Assembly (NCBI GenBank): GCA_964237305.1
Contig: CAXSHO010000011.1
Location: 1-38,075, forward strand
Reading direction: 5' to 3'
Source of the DNA: an uncultured Caulobacteraceae bacterium
GTDB lineage: Bacteria; Pseudomonadota; Alphaproteobacteria; Caulobacterales; Caulobacteraceae
DNA length: 38,075 nucleotides
The position numbers and the translations under genes were made by a program. The notes under the pieces were generated by a model. That model did not search any database, was not told the DNA's origin, and worked only from the letters and a program-made list of their open reading frames with translations. The first letter of the stretch is position 1. Every line of letters begins with the position of its first letter. Positions 31,106 through 38,075 of the stretch are shown in pieces.

Positions 31106-31705
31106 GTGTCGGAGATCTGCGGCGACGACCACGGATTCCAGTCGGAACTCGTGACCTTCATCCCCCGGCTCCGCGCCTTCGCGCGCACCCTCACCGGCCG
31201 CCACGCCGCGGGCGAGGACCTCGCGCAGGAGACGGTGATGCGCGCCTGGAAGGCCAGGGCCACCTTCGAGCCCGGCACCAACATGGAGGCGTGGCTGTTC
31301 CGCATCCTGCGCAACGCCCACGTGTCGGGCATCCGGCGCAACGCCCGCACGCCCCAGGGCGAGCTCGGGCTCGTGGAGCATACGCTGGCCGGCGTGGACG
31401 ACCCCTCCGCCACCGTGGCGCTGAACGACCTGCGCCAGGCGCTGAACCGGCTGTCCGACGAGCAGCGCGAGGCGCTGGTGCTGATCGGCGCCGGCGGCTG
31501 GAGCTACGAGGAGGCGGCCGCCCACGCGGGCTGCGCGGTGGGCACGATGAAGAGCCGGGTGCACCGCGCCCGCCGCCTGCTCGCCGCCTACGTCGACGGC
31601 GGGCTCGTGCGGCGCGACACCCTGCCGGCCTCGCAGGCGCTGCAGAGCCTCATCGGACAGTCCGATCCCCCGCGCCGCGTGGCGGCGGGGGCGGAGGTCC
31701 GCTGA
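31106..31705 (+). CDS. ECF-type RNA polymerase sigma-70 family factor
   Basis: GTG at 31106, 10 nt after GGAGG, in ORF 30356..31705. Region 2 'LRAFARTLTGRHAAGEDLAQETVMRAWKARATFEPGTNMEAWLFRILRN'. Region 4 'LSDEQREALVLIGAGGWSYEEAAAHAGCAVGTMKSRVHRARRLL'. 199 aa. No adjacent anti-sigma gene recognisable. Confidence 0.85.
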   Translation: MSEICGDDHGFQSELVTFIPRLRAFARTLTGRHAAGEDLAQETVMRAWKARATFEPGTNMEAWLFRILRNAHVSGIRRNARTPQGELGLVEHTLAGVDDPSATVALNDLRQALNRLSDEQREALVLIGAGGWSYEEAAAHAGCAVGTMKSRVHRARRLLAAYVDGGLVRRDTLPASQALQSLIGQSDPPRRVAAGAEVR

Positions 31706-31712
31706 GGCCGGC

Positions 31713-32228
31713 TCAGCCCCCGCAATCGCCGAGGCGCGTACCCACAAGCGTCATGTCCATGGTCATGGGCATGGAGCCGCCTGTCTCCACCGCGTGGGCC
31801 TTCACGTTGAACGAGGTGGGCGTGTAGGGGCCGTCGTCGGCGACCTGCGAGGTGGTCGCGCCGTGATGGCAGACCATGGCCGCCGAGATGCGGCCGTTTG
31901 CGATCACCGTCTTGGTGCGCTCGCAGCCCTTCGCCGTCTGGAGGAGCTTCTGCGGGTCGTCGGTGGGCGACAGGCACTCCTTCGCGTGCGTGGTGTGGCC
32001 CCTGATCGCGGAGGCCATGCCCGCCATCGGGCCCTGGATCTGCACGTCGTCGATGGTCACGGCGATATCCCACTGCCCGGGCTTCAAGGTGACCGCGGGT
32101 CCCGGCGGGGGAACCGACTTCAGGGAGTTGGTGTGCTTCATCGAGCTCACCGGCTTCACGGGTCCGGCCGCCGCCGGAAGGGCCGCGGCCGCGAGGGCCA
32201 GCGGCAGGAGGAGCTTGCCTAGCAACAT
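31713..32228 (-). CDS. Exported DUF3617-like protein
   Basis: ATG at 32228 (aAAGGAcgtgcgATG) in ORF 31713..32297. Signal peptide 'MLLGKLLLPLALAAAALPAAAG'. 'KPGQWDI', 'KECLSPTD', a spaced Cys pattern and the terminal 'GTRLGDC' resemble the DUF3617 family, from memory. Confidence 0.55.
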   Translation of the reverse strand: MLLGKLLLPLALAAAALPAAAGPVKPVSSMKHTNSLKSVPPPGPAVTLKPGQWDIAVTIDDVQIQGPMAGMASAIRGHTTHAKECLSPTDDPQKLLQTAKGCERTKTVIANGRISAAMVCHHGATTSQVADDGPYTPTSFNVKAHAVETGGSMPMTMDMTLVGTRLGDCGG

Positions 32229-32403
32229 CGCACGTCCTTTCGCGCGCCGCCTCGCAGCGCAGGGTCCACCGGAGATGCGGCCGGAGCCGGACGCCACAGC
32301 GACGGCGAGGCCCGCCCCGCCGACGGCCGCCAGCCTAGCGCACGGCCACGCTTGCGCGACCCGGCGCGACGTCGCACGCCGAGGCGCGCTCCGACCCGCC
32401 GCG

Positions 32404-32419
32404 TTTATTGTTTTTTACG
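32404..32419 (+). promoter_or_regulatory. AT-rich KdpE-box-like direct repeat (TTTATT-N4-TTTACG)
   Basis: tttattgttttttacg is the only strongly AT-rich patch in this intergenic region. From memory it resembles the E. coli kdpFABC operator TTTATActtttTTTACA. It lies 77 nt upstream of the kdpF-like mini-ORF. Confidence 0.4.
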
Positions 32420-32495
32420 CTGGCGACGCCTTCCGCCTAGCGAAACGCCACCACCGACCAGCCTAAAGACCGGCCGCGAGCTCGTGGAGGCGCGT

Positions 32496-32579
32496 GTGGG
32501 CGACCTGATCTTCCTGTCCATCGGTGCAGGCCTCTTCGTGCTGATGGGCGGCTACGTCGCAGCTCTTCGGAGGAGCTGA
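32496..32579 (+). CDS. kdpF: KdpF-like 27-aa hydrophobic peptide (candidate)
   Basis: GTG at 32496, 5 nt after GGAGG. 'VGDLIFLSIGAGLFVLMGGYVAALRRS' is a single hydrophobic helix ending in an AL-R-like tail, as in KdpF (..GLFVYL..ALLRPE.F). It is the last 27 codons of ORF 32352..32579. Confidence 0.4.
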   Translation: MGDLIFLSIGAGLFVLMGGYVAALRRS

Positions 32580-32581
32580 AG

Positions 32582-32869
32582 ATGATCGTCGGCCTGATCA
32601 ACCTCGTGGCCCACGCCGTGCGCCGCGCGGGGGCGCCGGTGAAGCTGACCTCCCGCGAGTACCGCCTCCTCTCGCAACTCGTGGGGGCTGCGGGCCGGGT
32701 GGTCACGCACAAGCAGCTGGTGGACGGGGTGTGGGGCGCGGGGTGCGACGACAACATCCAGTACCTGCGCGTCCTCATCCAGCACCTGCGCCAGAAGCTG
32801 GAGCCCGAGCCCTCCGCCCCGCGCCACATCCTCAACGAGTCGCGGGTGGGCTACCGTTTCGTCGCCTGA
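32582..32869 (+). pseudogene. kdpE: kdpE remnant: OmpR/PhoB-type winged-helix DNA-binding domain only, receiver domain missing
   Basis: 95-aa ORF. 'INLVAHAVRRAGAPVKLTSREYRLLSQLVGAAGRVVTHKQLVDGVWG......IQYLRVLIQHLRQKLEPEPSAPRHILNESRVGYRF' aligns by eye to the KdpE C-terminal domain (VDLAARVIHRGEEEVHLTPIEFRLL...YLRIYMGHLRQKLEQDPARPRHFITETGIGYRF). There are no receiver residues upstream in any frame. Confidence 0.65.
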
Positions 32870-32973
32870 CCGCCTCGCGGGGGGGGCGGGCGGCTTGGCC
32901 GGGGATGGATCAAAGGATACAGGGCCGCCCGAACGCGTTGGGGTCGCGACCTCCTCCCCCCGGGTGACCGCCG

Positions 32974-34266
32974 ATGTCCGATCTCCAGCTCACCAGGCGC
33001 ATCGGTGCGCTCCTGCGGCCCGACGCCACCCGCACCGTGCTGCGCCCCTTCTCCCCCGGCGACGTGAAGGCGGTCGGGCCCGGCGAGCCCAACAGGGCGC
33101 AGCGGATCACCGACCGGGTGGTGGCCCTGCACGACGGCGAGCTGGACAGGTTGTACGACACAGCCATGGACGCCCTGTCGCGCCGCCACCGCGACGTCGA
33201 GCAGGTGCTGCAGCGCCGCTTCGACGAGGTGCGCGGCGACGTGGTCGACTGCCGGGGCGCCACGGGGCGCAAGGCGCTCCTGATCGGCGCCTACTTCACC
33301 GAGGAGTACGCCTTCGAGTCCACCGCCCTGTTCAACCCGAGCGCGGTGATCCACCCCTCGCAGGAGGGGGTGGCCGCCGGCGACACGCGCTTCATCATGT
33401 CCCTGCGCGCCATCGGCGAGGGGCACGTCTCGTCCCTGACCTTCCGCACGGGCCTGTGGCGGGCGGACGACACGGTGGAGCTCGACTCGCCGAGCGACGT
33501 CTCCACCGGGCCGCACTTCACCACCCTGCCCGACGACGGGAAGCGCACCGCCGAGCTAGAGTTCGATCCCAAGCTGCGCACCTCGGAGATGGTGATCTTC
33601 CCGTTCCTGCCCAGCCAGGGCCGGGGGATCGAGGATTGCCGCCTGTGCCTTTTCACCGACGACGACGGCTCCACCCACTACCGGGGCACCTTCACCGCCT
33701 TCAACGGGATGGAGACGCGCCAGGCCGTCCTGCGCACCGCCGACTTCCGCAGCTTCGTCCTGCGCGGGCTCGACGGCGACCTCTTCAACAGCAAGGGCAT
33801 GGCCTGGTTTCCGCGCCGCATCGACGGGCGCTGGTTCATGCTGGGCCGCCAGGACAACGAGAACGTCTGGGTGCTCTCCAGCGACGACGAGTTCACCTGG
33901 AGCGGCGGGGCCAAGGTCATCGAGCCGAAGGCGCCGTGGGAGTTCATCCAGATGGGCAATTGCGGCTCGCCGATCGAGCTGGACGAGGGCTGGCTGGTGC
34001 TCACCCACGGGGTGGGCGACGTGCGCACCTACTGCATGGGAGCGAGCCTCCTGGACAAGCGCGACCCCACGAGGCTCCTGGCCCGCCTGCAGGAGCCGCT
34101 CCTCGCTCCGGAGCCCGACGAGCGGTCCGGCTACGTGCCTAACGTGGTCTACAGCTGCGGGGCGGTGCTGAGAGGCCGCAAGCTGCTCATGCCCTACGGC
34201 GTGGCCGACCAGTTCTCCGCCTTCAGCGTGGTCGATGTGGACCGGCTGCTCCAGGCGATGTCTTAG
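32974..34266 (+). CDS. GH130-family-like glycosidase/phosphorylase (beta-mannoside phosphorylase-type five-bladed propeller)
   Basis: 430 aa. 'GIEDCRLCLF', 'SKGMAWFPRRIDGRWFMLGR', 'EPKAPWEFIQMGNCGSPIELDEGWLVLTHGV', 'YCMGASLLDKRDPTRLLARLQEPLLAPEPDERSGYVPNVVYSCGA' and 'LLMPYGVADQ' follow the GH130/DUF377 pattern. The N-terminal region is longer than I expect for that family. Confidence 0.6.
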   Translation: MSDLQLTRRIGALLRPDATRTVLRPFSPGDVKAVGPGEPNRAQRITDRVVALHDGELDRLYDTAMDALSRRHRDVEQVLQRRFDEVRGDVVDCRGATGRKALLIGAYFTEEYAFESTALFNPSAVIHPSQEGVAAGDTRFIMSLRAIGEGHVSSLTFRTGLWRADDTVELDSPSDVSTGPHFTTLPDDGKRTAELEFDPKLRTSEMVIFPFLPSQGRGIEDCRLCLFTDDDGSTHYRGTFTAFNGMETRQAVLRTADFRSFVLRGLDGDLFNSKGMAWFPRRIDGRWFMLGRQDNENVWVLSSDDEFTWSGGAKVIEPKAPWEFIQMGNCGSPIELDEGWLVLTHGVGDVRTYCMGASLLDKRDPTRLLARLQEPLLAPEPDERSGYVPNVVYSCGAVLRGRKLLMPYGVADQFSAFSVVDVDRLLQAMS

Positions 34267-34331
34267 CGCGCCGCCACCCGCATCCTCCGGCGCGCTGCGC
34301 CGTTGTGAACGCGTTCGCTTGAAGGACGACC

Positions 34332-36425
34332 ATGACACACCAGCCCTCCGGCGCGGGCCCCGCGCACGAAGACGGTTCGCCCGAGCGGCTGGCCATCGAC
34401 ACGATCCGCGCCCTGACGCTCGACGCGGTGACCAAGGCGAAGTCCGGCCACATCGGCTCGCCGCTGGGGCTCGCCCCCGTGGCGCACACGGTCTGGACCA
34501 AGTTCCTGAATTATGACCCGGCTAGGCCCGACTGGCCCAACCGCGACCGCTTCGTGCTGTCGGTGGGCCACGCCTCCATGCTGCTCTACGGCGCCCTGCA
34601 CCTGGCGAGCGTGGAGGAGGTGGACGCCGACGGGAACAAGACGGGCCTGCCCGCCGTGTCGCTGGACGACATCAAGGCCTTCCGCCAGCTCGACTCCAAG
34701 ACGCCGGGCCACCCCGAATACCGCATGACCACGGGGGTGGAGACCACCACCGGCCCGCTCGGCCAGGGCTGCGCGAACTCGGTGGGCATGGCCATCGCCA
34801 CCCAGGCGCTGGCCCAGAGGTTCAACCGGGAGGGGTTCGACCTCTTCGACCACGACATCTACGTGCTCAGCGGCGACGGCGACATGATGGAGGGTGTCGT
34901 CAGCGAGGCGGCCTCGCTGGCCGGCCACCTCAAGCTGCCGAACCTGTGCTGGATCTACGACTCGAACCAGGTCTCCATCGAGGGGTCCACCGACCTCGCC
35001 TTCAACGAGGACGTGGGCAAGCGTTTCGAGGCCTACGGCTGGCGCGTGCACCATGTGGACGACGCCAACGACACGGCCAGGATCGCCGAGGCGCTGACCG
35101 CCTTCAAGTCGACCACCGACCGTCCGACCCTGATCGTGGTGCGCTCGGTGATCGGCTACGGCTCGCCCATGGCCGGCACCGGCAAGGCGCACGGCGAGGC
35201 GCTGGGCGAGCCCGACCTCGTGGCCGAGACCAAGCGCGCTTACGGCTGGCCGGAGGACTCGAGCTTCCTCATCCCCGCGGGCGTGAAGGAGGCCTTCACC
35301 GAGGCCGTCGCCTCCCGCGGGCGGCCGCAGCGCGAGGCCTGGGAGGACCTGTTCCGCCGCTACGCCGAGAAGCATCCCGACGAGGCCCAGGCGTTCGAGC
35401 TGCTGCGCCAGGGCAAGCTGCCCGACGGCTGGGACAAGGACCTGCCCGTCTTCCCCGCCGACGAGAAGGGGATGGCCACCCGCGACGCGGGCGGCAAGGT
35501 GCTGAACGCCATCAGCCCCGGCCTGCCCGGCCTGATGGGCGGCGCCGCCGACCTCTCGCCCTCCACGAAGACCGACCTGAAGTGGGAGGGCGCGGGCAGC
35601 TTCGAGCCGGGGAACTACGCCGGCCGCAACCTGCACTTCGGCATCCGCGAGCACGCCATGGGCTCGGCGGCCAACGGCATGGCGCTGAGCTACCTGCGCT
35701 CCTACACGGGCACCTTCCTGGTGTTCCTCGACTACATGCGCGCGCCCGTGCGGCTGGCGGCGATCATGGAGACGCCGGTGGTCTTCGTGTTCACGCACGA
35801 CAGCATCGGCGTGGGCGAGGACGGGCCCACCCACCAGCCCATCGAGCAGCTGGCCATGCTGCGCGCCACGCCGGGCCTAGACACCATCCGCCCCGGCGAC
35901 GCCAACGAGACCGCCCAGGCCTGGCGCGTCGCGCTCACCCACACGCACGAGCCCACCGCGCTGGTGCTGTCGCGCCAGGCCGTGCCGACGCTGGACCGCG
36001 ACAAGTACGCCTCGGCGGAAGGCGTCATGAAGGGCGGCTACGTGCTGGGCGACTGCGAGGGGGAGCCCGAGGTGGTGTTGATCGGGACGGGCTCGGAGCT
36101 GCCGCTGGTGGCCGACGCCTATGAGAAGCTGAAGGCCGACGGGGTGCGGGCGCGGGTGGTGTCGCTCCCCAGCTGGTACCTGTTCGAGAAGCAGGACCGG
36201 GCCTACCGCGACAGCGTGATCCCGCCCGCCTGCCGCGCGCGGCTGGCGGTGGAGCAGGGGTCGGAGCTGGGCTGGGACCGCTATGTCGGCGACGGCGGCG
36301 ACACCATCACCATGAGCTCCTTCGGCGCCTCGGCCCCGCTCGCCAAGCTGAAGGAGAAGTACGGGTTCACCACCGAGAAGGTCGTGGCCAAGGCCCGCGA
36401 GCTGATCGAGAAGGCGCAAAGCTGA
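34332..36425 (+). CDS. tkt: Transketolase
   Basis: 697 aa. '[31 protein letters not shown]', '[20 protein letters not shown]', '[14 protein letters not shown]', '[11 protein letters not shown]' and '[28 protein letters not shown]'. Confidence 0.95.
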   Translation: MTHQPSGAGPAHEDGSPERLAIDTIRALTLDAVTKAKSGHIGSPLGLAPVAHTVWTKFLNYDPARPDWPNRDRFVLSVGHASMLLYGALHLASVEEVDADGNKTGLPAVSLDDIKAFRQLDSKTPGHPEYRMTTGVETTTGPLGQGCANSVGMAIATQALAQRFNREGFDLFDHDIYVLSGDGDMMEGVVSEAASLAGHLKLPNLCWIYDSNQVSIEGSTDLAFNEDVGKRFEAYGWRVHHVDDANDTARIAEALTAFKSTTDRPTLIVVRSVIGYGSPMAGTGKAHGEALGEPDLVAETKRAYGWPEDSSFLIPAGVKEAFTEAVASRGRPQREAWEDLFRRYAEKHPDEAQAFELLRQGKLPDGWDKDLPVFPADEKGMATRDAGGKVLNAISPGLPGLMGGAADLSPSTKTDLKWEGAGSFEPGNYAGRNLHFGIREHAMGSAANGMALSYLRSYTGTFLVFLDYMRAPVRLAAIMETPVVFVFTHDSIGVGEDGPTHQPIEQLAMLRATPGLDTIRPGDANETAQAWRVALTHTHEPTALVLSRQAVPTLDRDKYASAEGVMKGGYVLGDCEGEPEVVLIGTGSELPLVADAYEKLKADGVRARVVSLPSWYLFEKQDRAYRDSVIPPACRARLAVEQGSELGWDRYVGDGGDTITMSSFGASAPLAKLKEKYGFTTEKVVAKARELIEKAQS

Positions 36426-38044
36426 TGTCGAACCGTCTCAACGACCTCGAAGCGCTGGGCCAGGCCGTCTGGCTCGACAACCTGGAGCGCGGGTTCCTGC
36501 GTGACGGCGGCCTGCGCAAGCTGGTGGAGGAGGACGGCCTGACGGGCGTCACCTCCAACCCGTCCATCTTCGAGAAGGCGATGGGCCACGGCGACGTCTA
36601 CGACGACGGCTTCAAGGCCTTCCTCGGCAAGGCGGACGCCAGCGTGCAGGACACCTACGAAGACTCCGCCATCGCCGACATCAAGGCCGCCTGCGCCGAC
36701 CTGCGCCCGGTGTACGACCGGCTGGACGGCCGCGACGGGTACGTCAGCCTGGAGGTGTCGCCCTACCTCGCCGACGAGACGGACACCACGATCGAGGAGG
36801 CGCGCCGGCTGTGGAAGTCGGTCGACGAGCCGAACCTGATGGTCAAGGTGCCGGGCACGAAGTCGGGCACGCCCGCCATCCGCCAGCTCTTGGAGGACGG
36901 GCTCAACATCAACGTGACGCTGCTGTTCTCCATGGAGGCCTACCAGGCCGTGGCCGAGGAGCACCTCGCGGCGCTGGAGGCGCGCGTGACCAAGGGCGAG
37001 CCGATCGACCGCATCGCCTCGGTGGCCAGCTTCTTCGTCAGCCGCATCGACGCCAAGATCGACAAGGCCGTCGACGGCCTCGTGAAGGAGGGCGACGGCG
37101 AGGCCGAGGCCCTGAAGGCGGTGCGCGGCAAGACCGCCATCGCCAACGCCAAGCTCGCCTACGCCTGGTACGGCGACCTGATCGCCTCGGATCGTTGGCG
37201 CGCGCTCGCGGCCAAGGGCGCCATGCCCCAGCGGCTGCTGTGGGCCTCCACCGGCGTGAAGGACGAGGCCTACCCCGACACCCTCTACGTCGACAGCCTG
37301 ATCGGGCCCGACACGGTGAACACCATGCCGCCCAAGACCATGGACGCCTTCCGCGACCACGGCGCCGCCAAGGCCACGCTCACCGAGGGCGTGGACGAGG
37401 CGCGCCACGTGCTCGCCGAGGTGAAGCGGCTGGGGCTCGATCTGGACAAGGTCACCGACGGCCTCGTGCCCGATGGCGTGAAGCAGTTCGCCGACGCCGC
37501 CGACGCGCTCCTGGGCGCGGTGGCCGGCAAGCGCGCCGCCTTCCTCGGCGACCGCCTGAACGGCTGTGAGGCCAAGCTGCCCGAGGCGCTGCAAGCGGCG
37601 GTGGACGCTCGGCTGGAGACCGCCCGCGCCGAAGGCTGGCCCCGCCGCCTCTGGCACGGCGACGCCACGCTCTGGACCGGCGGGGACGAGGGCAAGTGGC
37701 TGGGCTGGCTCGCCGCCGCCCGCGGCCAGCAGGTCGAGCAGGAGACGCTGGACAAGCTGCGTGACCTCGGCCGAGGCCGCCGCGACGCGGTGCTGCTCGG
37801 CATGGGCGGCTCCAGCCTCGGGCCGGAGGTGCTGGCGCGCATGTTCGGTGGGGCGACCGACGGGCCCCGCCTGCACGTGCTGGACTCCACCGACCCGGGC
37901 CAGGTGTCGGACGTGGCGGGGGCCATCGACCCGCAGGAGGCGGTCTTCATCTGCTCCTCCAAGTCCGGCTCGACCATGGAGCCCGAGCTCCTGCGTGCGT
38001 ACTTCTGGGAGCTCTCCGGCAAGGACGGCGCCGACCGCATCTGA
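36425..38044 (+). CDS. tal: Transaldolase fused to the N-terminal ~170 aa of a glucose-6-phosphate isomerase (SIS) domain; the ORF stops prematurely inside the PGI part
   Basis: The ATG overlaps the tkt TGA by 1 nt. Transaldolase motifs 'GVTSNPSIFEKAM', 'VSLEVSP' and 'LMVKVPGT..G..AI..L...G.NINVTLLFS'. From about aa 375 the sequence is PGI-like: 'LWTGGDEGKWLGWL', 'LLGMGGSSLGPEVL' and 'FICSSKSGSTMEP'. A TGA at 38042-38044 comes long before a PGI domain would end. Confidence 0.85.
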   Translation: MSNRLNDLEALGQAVWLDNLERGFLRDGGLRKLVEEDGLTGVTSNPSIFEKAMGHGDVYDDGFKAFLGKADASVQDTYEDSAIADIKAACADLRPVYDRLDGRDGYVSLEVSPYLADETDTTIEEARRLWKSVDEPNLMVKVPGTKSGTPAIRQLLEDGLNINVTLLFSMEAYQAVAEEHLAALEARVTKGEPIDRIASVASFFVSRIDAKIDKAVDGLVKEGDGEAEALKAVRGKTAIANAKLAYAWYGDLIASDRWRALAAKGAMPQRLLWASTGVKDEAYPDTLYVDSLIGPDTVNTMPPKTMDAFRDHGAAKATLTEGVDEARHVLAEVKRLGLDLDKVTDGLVPDGVKQFADAADALLGAVAGKRAAFLGDRLNGCEAKLPEALQAAVDARLETARAEGWPRRLWHGDATLWTGGDEGKWLGWLAAARGQQVEQETLDKLRDLGRGRRDAVLLGMGGSSLGPEVLARMFGGATDGPRLHVLDSTDPGQVSDVAGAIDPQEAVFICSSKSGSTMEPELLRAYFWELSGKDGADRI

Positions 38045-38075
38045 CGCGATGGGGGCTCCGTGGGAACGCACGGGG

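Noticed and set aside
15959-31705. The S-layer / T2SS / ECF region as a horizontally acquired genomic island
   Set aside because: No integrase, transposase, flanking tRNA or direct repeats are present, and there is no obvious GC shift apart from the compositionally biased S-layer gene. Acquisition cannot be supported from this window alone.
32352-32495. Full 75-aa ORF 32352..32579 as a real protein
   Set aside because: The N-terminal two thirds are Arg/Pro-rich and overlap the AT-rich operator-like region. Only the last 27 codons, with their own SD and GTG, look like a KdpF-type peptide.
38042-38044. TGA in tal-pgi as selenocysteine or programmed read-through
   Set aside because: No SECIS-like hairpin can be assessed in the 31 nt left, and nothing suggests a redox Cys/Sec position. 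A nonsense mutation or sequencing error is the simpler explanation.
36281-38071. 596-aa antisense ORF opposite the tal-pgi gene, and similar antisense ORFs opposite tkt, the kinase and gspD
   Set aside because: Shadow ORFs of high-GC genes, with no recognisable domains.

Overview
High-GC (about 70% by eye), densely coding, alphaproteobacterium-like chromosomal window. The tkt / tal-pgi fusion pair and an RsaA-like S-layer gene hint at Acetobacteraceae- or Caulobacter-like relatives, with low confidence. I support about 34 CDS. I saw no rRNA, tRNA, CRISPR array, transposase or integrase.

Gene content, left to right:
- Spermidine-synthase-like methyltransferase, divergent from a phosphonate pair (phosphonopyruvate decarboxylase plus AEP:pyruvate transaminase, GTGA-coupled), convergent with a CDP-alcohol phosphatidyltransferase. 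No PEP mutase is present.
- Hybrid histidine kinase plus a single-domain response regulator.
- Sugar block: Gfo/Idh/MocA oxidoreductase, FHS-type MFS sugar permease, GH92 alpha-mannosidase.
- Ntn-hydrolase (penicillin/AHL acylase family) downstream of mntH, with a divergent DtxR/MntR-family regulator.
- RsaA-like S-layer protein gene, Tat-signal ferritin-like protein, SleB-family cell-wall hydrolase.
- A complete but unusually arranged 12-gene type II secretion system (about 19.8-31.0 kb) in four strand-alternating units. It has a lipobox secretin, a short prepilin peptidase and very divergent L/M/C-like components.
- Orphan ECF sigma factor and a DUF3617-like protein.
- An apparent kdp operon scar: KdpE-box-like site, kdpF-like mini-ORF and a kdpE DNA-binding-domain fragment.
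- GH130-like glycosidase/phosphorylase, transketolase, and a transaldolase fused to a PGI domain that stops prematurely 31 nt before the window end.

Most interesting: the non-canonical T2SS and its neighbours (S-layer, SleB, ECF sigma), the pepM-less phosphonate/CDP-alcohol transferase trio, and the kdp deletion scar.

All calls rest on motif recognition by eye; no database searches were run. Many long ORFs in the track are high-GC shadow ORFs and were rejected.
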